Assembly: GCA_027036135.1 (NCBI GenBank)
Contig: JALVSY010000007.1
Coordinates: 132,880-196,879 of the forward strand
Length of the DNA: 64,000 nt
Direction: 5' to 3'
DNA from: Pyrodictiaceae archaeon
GTDB lineage: Archaea > Thermoproteota > Thermoprotei_A > Sulfolobales > Pyrodictiaceae
Each line of letters opens with the position of its first letter. The first letter of the stretch is position 1. The position numbers and the translations under genes are program-made. Below the pieces are notes generated by a model that was given only the letters and a program-made list of their open reading frames with translations, was not told the origin of the DNA and did not search any database. Positions 58,379 to 64,000 of the stretch are shown here, one piece after another.

Positions 58379-61300
58379 CTATAATGGGAGTAACTGGTGG
58401 GCTTCCTCTCTTGTTAGCCCGCTCTCCGGGCTCGTCAGCGCTCTTGCTAGCTCGGCTAGGACGTGGTCTAGTACCTGCTGGTAGTCAACGGTTCCCTCCT
58501 CTATCTTGTCCATGGTCTCTTGTAGCTTCCTAGTAACCTCTTCCGATACTAGGCTCGGGAATCTCCGCATCAAGAAGTTGTAGACACCTATACCCCTCTT
58601 CGTGGCCACCATTTTACTAGCCCTCCCCGAGGAGACCACGTAGCCGCGCTTCATCAGCGTCTCTATGATCTTTGCATAGGTACTTGGCCTGCCAATACCC
58701 CTCTCCTTCATCAACCGTACCACGTCTGCCTGGGAGAGTAGCTGGACCGGGCTCCAGACAATTGCTCGTAGCCCCGCTGGCTCGTACTCTGCCTTTACTA
58801 GGGGCTTCTCGGGCCTCAGCACCGGGTATATGTCTAGCCAGGCCTTGTCCACTATCTCGACAACCTTCTCCATTTCCTTGACCAGCTTCTTTGGCTCCTC
58901 GCCCGGGACACGGGCCTCGACTAGTACCTCTGCTCTCTGCTTCCTCACCCTAGCTGGCTTCATCTGGCTAGCTATGAAGCGGCGGAATATGAGGTCATAG
59001 AGCCTATAGTGACGATTACTCAGTGGTCTGGCTAGCTGGAGTGCTCCCTCCTCTACTAGGCGTCTCAGTGTCTCAGTATCAATTGGCCTAGTTGGCCTTA
59101 TTGCTTCGTGGGCTCCCCCGGTGCCCCAGTGGCGCGGGTAGAAGAGCTTCTCTAGGGCCTCGTCTCCGTAGCGGTAGCGGAGGTACTCGCGTGCAACAGC
59201 TATGCCAGCGTCACTTATCCTCGTGCTATCGGTTCGGTGATAGGTTATCAGACCCAGCTCGAAGAGATCCTGAGCGAGCCTCATCGCCTCGGGGGCTGGT
59301 ATCCCGAGCCTCGATGCAGCCTCCGCTAGTAGCGCATCCGTGGTAAAGGGAGGCAGTGGTTTGAGCTCCTCCTCATACTCCTCCAGCTTAGTGACAGTGG
59401 CTCTTATCCCGCCCTGCTCCTTGAGAGCCTTAGTGACCTCTATGATCGCTTTCCTCTTGGCTCGGCGCCTCTCATTAAGCTCCTCGAGCCTCTCCAACGC
59501 ATTATAGTCTCTTAGTACCTGGTCTAGGAGCTTCTTTGACTCCTCTAGCTCTCTCCGTAGCCTCTCGCTTATCTCGTCGCCCCGTAGCTCGAGTACTAGC
59601 TCACCCTCGCCCGTCACCGGTCTTAGGCGTACACGGAACAATGGTATCCTTAGATAGATGTTACCGAGGGTGTGCTCAACTATCCACCCGAGCACGGGGG
59701 TTTGGACGCGGCCAGCGCTTAGGTTGTAGTTCGGTCTCCGGCACTCCTCCCTCATGTGAGCTAGTCTCTCGAGCGCGTTCATCATCGCCATGCTGTTCTT
59801 TAGCTTCCTTACGGCGTGGCGGTGCTTAGCCAGTATGCCCCACTCGCAGAACCATGGCCAGAACTTTGTCCAGAGCACGGGGGATAGCGTGAACCCTATC
59901 CAGCGATCCTCTACTCTCCGGACTATCTGTGCCTCGACGAGTCTCTCGTAGAAGGGTCTCGCGTTATGGATTGCCTCTAGTATCGCCTTCCTCGTTATCT
60001 CGTGGAACTCTACCCTCACAATACTCTTGGCTGCTGGCCTGACGAGGCTTGCTAGATCCCAGCCTATCTTCTCTCCCTCGGTGTCAGGGTCCGTGCCTAT
60101 CATTACAACATCTACTTCGCTAGCTATGTCGCGGAGCGCCTCCACGATGTCCCAGCTATTCTTTACAAGCGGTGAGCCGCAGACGGGGCAGCGTAGCTCA
60201 CCCTCGCTTGTCACCGGGTTATACTTGGTTGGGTCAACTACCCATTGGTGGCCACAGGCTAGGCAGCGAGCAAGAGGGGCATAGACGGGTAGATAGCGTC
60301 TCTCCCCTTTCGGGGCAACTAGGACTCCATGGATGTTGCGGGCTGTTCTCCACTCGTAGCCCTTCACGCTATTCTCTAGGACATCTAGGAGCCATGTAGG
60401 CTCTATTCTCTCGGAGGGCGTGGCTGGCTTTACTAGGTCGTAGACGTGGCCCCCACTAGCAGCTATTAGGAGTACGTAGTCTCCGGTGGATACCTCGTAG
60501 ACGCGGAGCGGGCCTATTTGCCGAGAGGATGGTTTCCCGAAGAAGTTCGCTATTGTCCTAGCCTTGTTCGGGCTCTCAACTATGAGCAGTGCTGTCTTGA
60601 CTAGTTCCATGAACTCTGGCTTTATCCTTCCCTCGAGTATGTCTCTTACGCGGCGCCGATCCTCATCTATTTCGCGCAGGATCTTGGCTAGGTCTAGTTC
60701 TTCGAAGCGGTGCCACTCAGCCTCTATTAGCCACCTAGTCCTCTTCATTAACCCGTTTAGGAGGCGCTGGTCATCAGCTATCACGACGCTGAGGCCCTTG
60801 GTTATGCCTCCTGCGAAGAGGCGGCTCGTCCTACCCGAGGCCTGGATATAGGTAGCGACGTCGGGGACGAGTATGTAGGCCTTGCCCTCGGCTCGTACAA
60901 CAGCTATGTCTTCTGCCTGCTCTAGCGCCTCCCATACGTCTTCGCGGCGGAGTGTCTCGCGCATCCACTCGAGGGCTTGCTGGAACTCCTTGGCATAATT
61001 TGTTATTATTTGGCCGCTTCTCAGCTCCTCCGCTATCTTCATCAATGCTGCCTGGCTTATCTTGCGCACAATGTTGCGCAGCCTCGCTAGGAGGAACTGG
61101 GCTCTCTCCTGTACATCCCTCGGGCCATGCTCTACGAGCACGCTTAGGGCCCGCAGAATGCTGACAGGGTGGGGCTCCTCGAATCGTGCACTGAACTTTA
61201 GCCGGGGCACACCAGCGAATACAGCGTAGCGAATCCTTTCCGGAAGGTCTAGGCCGCGGACAGCAACACCGTAGTATATCGCTACGCCTACTAGGATCTC

Positions 61301-62638
61301 TGTCTCACCGCTCCTAAACCGGTCAAGCGCTACCTGGTTACGCGAGGTAAAGGCCTCCGCTGCTACACCGTTGTTCCTAAGGTACTCTGCTAGCTGCTCA
61401 GCGTACTCAGCACCCTTGTCAAGGGGTACATATACTAGGCCTCCGCCACCAAGCCTCTTGACAAGCTCTAGCACCTTGGCTTCCATGCCCTCGGAGCCGG
61501 GGTACGTGTAGGCATCAACAATGTTCCTTATCGTCTCCGTGGAGGCTCCCGCCTGGAACCCCATTAGGGCCTGGAACAGCCTCACCCTACTCCCACGAGG
61601 CCTCCCAGTAGCGCTACTAACTACAAGAACTGCTGCCCTGCGGCGAGTTCTCTCTATCCGCTTCTGGACCTCCTCGAGCCTCTTATAGAGCGGGGCTAGT
61701 GCCTCTTCGAAGACGCGTTGCCTCAGCCTCCTGACCTCTTCCGCTGTTACTCGTTGGCCTCGCTTGCGGAGCTTCTCCCGTAGCCTTGCTAGGCGTTGCT
61801 CGAAGAGCTTCTGTGCCCGCTGTGCCTCGTAGATTACTTGGCGCTGTAGGCGGAGTAGCTCCCAGCCAGCCTCTATGGCCTTGTCATCGAAGCCCGTGAG
61901 GCGGAGGACTGCGTCAACACTCTTACCGCTCTTGAGCACGGCGTCAACATCGTCTACGAAGAGGAATCGGAACCACTTGTTCCAGTTCTCCCTGTAGCTG
62001 AGTATCTTGTCTATGTTGCGGAGCATGAACTGGCTAGTAGTTATCAGTATATCGAAGTCCCCTGCCTCGAGCCTCTCCAGGTACTGGCGGCGAAGCTTAT
62101 GGGACAACCGGCTATGGAAAGCTATTATCCTCGCCGGTACACCCGCTGCATCAGCTATCTTGAGTGCACGCTCCTCAACCATTCTCACGAGCGGCGTTGT
62201 CGGCACAACTATGTAGCTCTTCTCCCCCTTGCTGGCAAAGTACACTGCCATCAATACGCCGAAAGTGGTCTTACCCACACCAGTCGGCGCTATTACAGCA
62301 AAGCTCTTCCCCTTCAGAACCCTCTTAACCCATGCTCTCTGCGCGCTCCAGAGCCGGCTTCCCGTGGCTTTCTCGAAGAAAGCCTCTACCTGGGCTGCCT
62401 CCCTCTCTATACGCGCATAGTAGTCCAGGGGGCTACCCTTGCGGAGCCTCCCCTGCTTACGCAGAACCTCGGCCACGTCAAGGACCGATTCGGCTGCGAC
62501 TTCTTCCTCGAGGCAGCGGGGACAGGGGAGCCCGCGGTGAAGCCTGTCATCGCCCGCGGGCCCGCCGCAGTTAGGGCATGAGTAGAAGTAGACTCCTCGA
62601 GCTAGCTCGCTGCTCGCCGTTTTACTGGCTTGAGCCAA
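58379..62638 (-). CDS. rgy: Reverse gyrase
   Basis: N-terminal Zn finger, APTGVGKT, DDVD, QASGRTSR, VESPNKA, DPDTEGE, SAGRVQTP, ITYHRTD, GRPSTY. Confidence 0.97.
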   Translation of the reverse strand: MAQASKTASSELARGVYFYSCPNCGGPAGDDRLHRGLPCPRCLEEEVAAESVLDVAEVLRKQGRLRKGSPLDYYARIEREAAQVEAFFEKATGSRLWSAQRAWVKRVLKGKSFAVIAPTGVGKTTFGVLMAVYFASKGEKSYIVVPTTPLVRMVEERALKIADAAGVPARIIAFHSRLSHKLRRQYLERLEAGDFDILITTSQFMLRNIDKILSYRENWNKWFRFLFVDDVDAVLKSGKSVDAVLRLTGFDDKAIEAGWELLRLQRQVIYEAQRAQKLFEQRLARLREKLRKRGQRVTAEEVRRLRQRVFEEALAPLYKRLEEVQKRIERTRRRAAVLVVSSATGRPRGSRVRLFQALMGFQAGASTETIRNIVDAYTYPGSEGMEAKVLELVKRLGGGGLVYVPLDKGAEYAEQLAEYLRNNGVAAEAFTSRNQVALDRFRSGETEILVGVAIYYGVAVRGLDLPERIRYAVFAGVPRLKFSARFEEPHPVSILRALSVLVEHGPRDVQERAQFLLARLRNIVRKISQAALMKIAEELRSGQIITNYAKEFQQALEWMRETLRREDVWEALEQAEDIAVVRAEGKAYILVPDVATYIQASGRTSRLFAGGITKGLSVVIADDQRLLNGLMKRTRWLIEAEWHRFEELDLAKILREIDEDRRRVRDILEGRIKPEFMELVKTALLIVESPNKARTIANFFGKPSSRQIGPLRVYEVSTGDYVLLIAASGGHVYDLVKPATPSERIEPTWLLDVLENSVKGYEWRTARNIHGVLVAPKGERRYLPVYAPLARCLACGHQWVVDPTKYNPVTSEGELRCPVCGSPLVKNSWDIVEALRDIASEVDVVMIGTDPDTEGEKIGWDLASLVRPAAKSIVRVEFHEITRKAILEAIHNARPFYERLVEAQIVRRVEDRWIGFTLSPVLWTKFWPWFCEWGILAKHRHAVRKLKNSMAMMNALERLAHMREECRRPNYNLSAGRVQTPVLGWIVEHTLGNIYLRIPLFRVRLRPVTGEGELVLELRGDEISERLRRELEESKKLLDQVLRDYNALERLEELNERRRAKRKAIIEVTKALKEQGGIRATVTKLEEYEEELKPLPPFTTDALLAEAASRLGIPAPEAMRLAQDLFELGLITYHRTDSTRISDAGIAVAREYLRYRYGDEALEKLFYPRHWGTGGAHEAIRPTRPIDTETLRRLVEEGALQLARPLSNRHYRLYDLIFRRFIASQMKPARVRKQRAEVLVEARVPGEEPKKLVKEMEKVVEIVDKAWLDIYPVLRPEKPLVKAEYEPAGLRAIVWSPVQLLSQADVVRLMKERGIGRPSTYAKIIETLMKRGYVVSSGRASKMVATKRGIGVYNFLMRRFPSLVSEEVTRKLQETMDKIEEGTVDYQQVLDHVLAELARALTSPESGLTREEAHQLLPL

Positions 62639-62826
62639 GGCCTATGCCAGTCCCCCGAGTCACGGGTATAGAGAAGCTAGTACAGCGTTCCGGTTAAAGG
62701 ATTAGGGCTGGCCAAGGCACCCCCTAGATAAGCTTTGATGAAACACTATATGATAACCAGATTATAATTCTAAAGATAACCCTTATACAGAGCTGGGGTA
62801 ACATAGACATCTGGAGGACACGCGTA

Positions 62827-63663
62827 ATGCATGCCTCTCAGTGGTACCCGGGCTACATCGAGAAGTACCGAGAAGCAGAGCTAGCAAGGGAGCTGCTGAG
62901 AGCAGCGCTAAGAAAGCTAGAAGAATTGCTTGACAACGACGTAGTCATCGTAGGGGCCGGGCCTGCTGGCCTAACACTCTCATGGCTCCTCGCAAGTAAG
63001 GGGCTCCGAGTAACAGTTGTGGAGCAAACACTCGGCTTAGGAGGAGGAATGCGTGGAGGAGCCGCCCTCCTACCAGCCGGGCTAGTAGAGGAGGGAGAGG
63101 CTGCAAACCTGCTCAGAGAGGCTGGCGTGGAGCTGAGGGAGACAAGGCTTCGTGGAATCTATGCTATTGACCCCGTGGAGGCTGCTACGAAGCTAGCAGC
63201 TAGAGCGATTAGTGCTGGTGCGAGATTCCTCGTGGGTATCTACGTCGAGGACTTGATCATCCGGGGACATGGTGCAAGGAGACAAGTGGATGGCGTAGTC
63301 GTTAATCTCCGCCCCGTGGTTGAGGCTGGATGGCACGTCGATCCCTGGTTCATAGAGGCGCGAGCAACTGTTGACGCGACCGGGCATGATGCTTGGCTCG
63401 TGAAGCTCCTTGAGAAGAGAGTTCCCGGCTCCGTGAAGCCCAAGGGTATGAGTAGCCTTGATGTATGGCGTGGTGAGAGGCTCGTCGTTGAGAAGACAGG
63501 GGAGGTATTTCCCGGGCTCTACCTCGCTGGGATGAGCGTTGCCGAGACCCATAACCTGCCGCGAGTGGGGCCCGTTTTTGGCGGGATGATTGCCTCGGCT
63601 ATCCGTCTCGCAGAGATTCTCGAGAAGAGACTCATGGACAGGGAGGCGGAGATCCATGGCTAA
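62827..63663 (+). CDS. thi4: Thiazole synthase Thi4 (His-type)
   Basis: VGAGPAG, GGGMRGG, WHVDP, DATGHDA, PRVGPVFGGM. Confidence 0.93.
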   Translation: MHASQWYPGYIEKYREAELARELLRAALRKLEELLDNDVVIVGAGPAGLTLSWLLASKGLRVTVVEQTLGLGGGMRGGAALLPAGLVEEGEAANLLREAGVELRETRLRGIYAIDPVEAATKLAARAISAGARFLVGIYVEDLIIRGHGARRQVDGVVVNLRPVVEAGWHVDPWFIEARATVDATGHDAWLVKLLEKRVPGSVKPKGMSSLDVWRGERLVVEKTGEVFPGLYLAGMSVAETHNLPRVGPVFGGMIASAIRLAEILEKRLMDREAEIHG

Positions 63664-64000
63664 GACTGTTGTCCTTGCTGCTCGGAGCGGCTCGGTTACC
63701 GACGAGATGAGGGAGGTTGCTCGGGTAGAGAGGGTGAGTCCGGAGAAGCTTAGGGACCGCATAGCATCTGGGAGAGTTGTGCTGCTTAGGAATACTAGGC
63801 GCAGCAGTGTCAGGGTAGCTGCTGTGGGTGAGGGGCTTAGTACCAAGGTCAACGTGAACATAGGCACGAGTGGGACCGTGGTGGATCTTGAGATGGAGCG
63901 GGAGAAGGCCCGTATAGCTGTGAGGTATGGCGCGGATAGCGTCATGGATCTGAGCATTGGAGGGCCACTGGACGAGATAAGACGCGTGCTGATGAAGGAG
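63656..64000 (+). CDS. thiC: Phosphomethylpyrimidine synthase (5' part)
   Basis: MAKTVVLAARSGSVTDEM...KVNVNIGTS...GADSVMDLSIGG; overlaps the thi4 end. Confidence 0.92.
   Translation, partial: MAKTVVLAARSGSVTDEMREVARVERVSPEKLRDRIASGRVVLLRNTRRSSVRVAAVGEGLSTKVNVNIGTSGTVVDLEMEREKARIAVRYGADSVMDLSIGGPLDEIRRVLMKE

Noticed and set aside
58379-62638. Intein in reverse gyrase
   Set aside because: No splice-junction His-Asn plus Cys/Ser/Thr pattern or LAGLIDADG blocks; the extra length is spread over short insertions.
277-63957. Numerous antisense or overlapping ORFs in the track (e.g. 1500-1979, 4820-5287, 17574-17969, 63193-63957)
   Set aside because: Shadow frames of well-supported genes, with Ser/Arg-biased or mirror composition and no motifs.

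Overview
A 64 kb chromosomal window from a hyperthermophilic crenarchaeon. It carries reverse gyrase and archaeal GGTGA-type SD sites; a Desulfurococcales/Pyrodictiaceae-like source is my inference. Core or metabolic genes (iorAB, CobN/BchH-type chelatase, hydantoinase/oxoprolinase A+B, Clp1, moeA, hemA, CBS protein, rgy, thi4, partial thiC) are interleaved with a heavily eroded accessory layer: about ten toxin-antitoxin modules, archaeal ATPases, HEPN/PaREP1 proteins and two transglutaminase-like surface proteins. The left end holds an ArnA/ArnB-like phosphosignalling cluster (kinase, PPP phosphatase, vWA, ZnF-FHA) and two class-III-signal-peptide adhesin/pilin genes. The right end holds a type IV pilus locus next to a KaiC-like/HTH module. 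The most striking unannotated signal is at 15399-15531 (minus strand): a free-standing, non-tRNA RNA closed by a canonical bulge-helix-bulge motif, with a K-turn and C/D-like boxes, predicted to be spliced into a circle of about 118 nt. Other leads: toxin-first PIN modules with an unrecognised downstream partner beside both transglutaminase genes, several apparent CTG starts, candidate leader peptides before hemA and moeA, and a small hydrophobic peptide divergent from a regulator. I found no tRNA, rRNA, CRISPR array or intact transposase. All assignments come from reading motifs by eye; no database searches were run.
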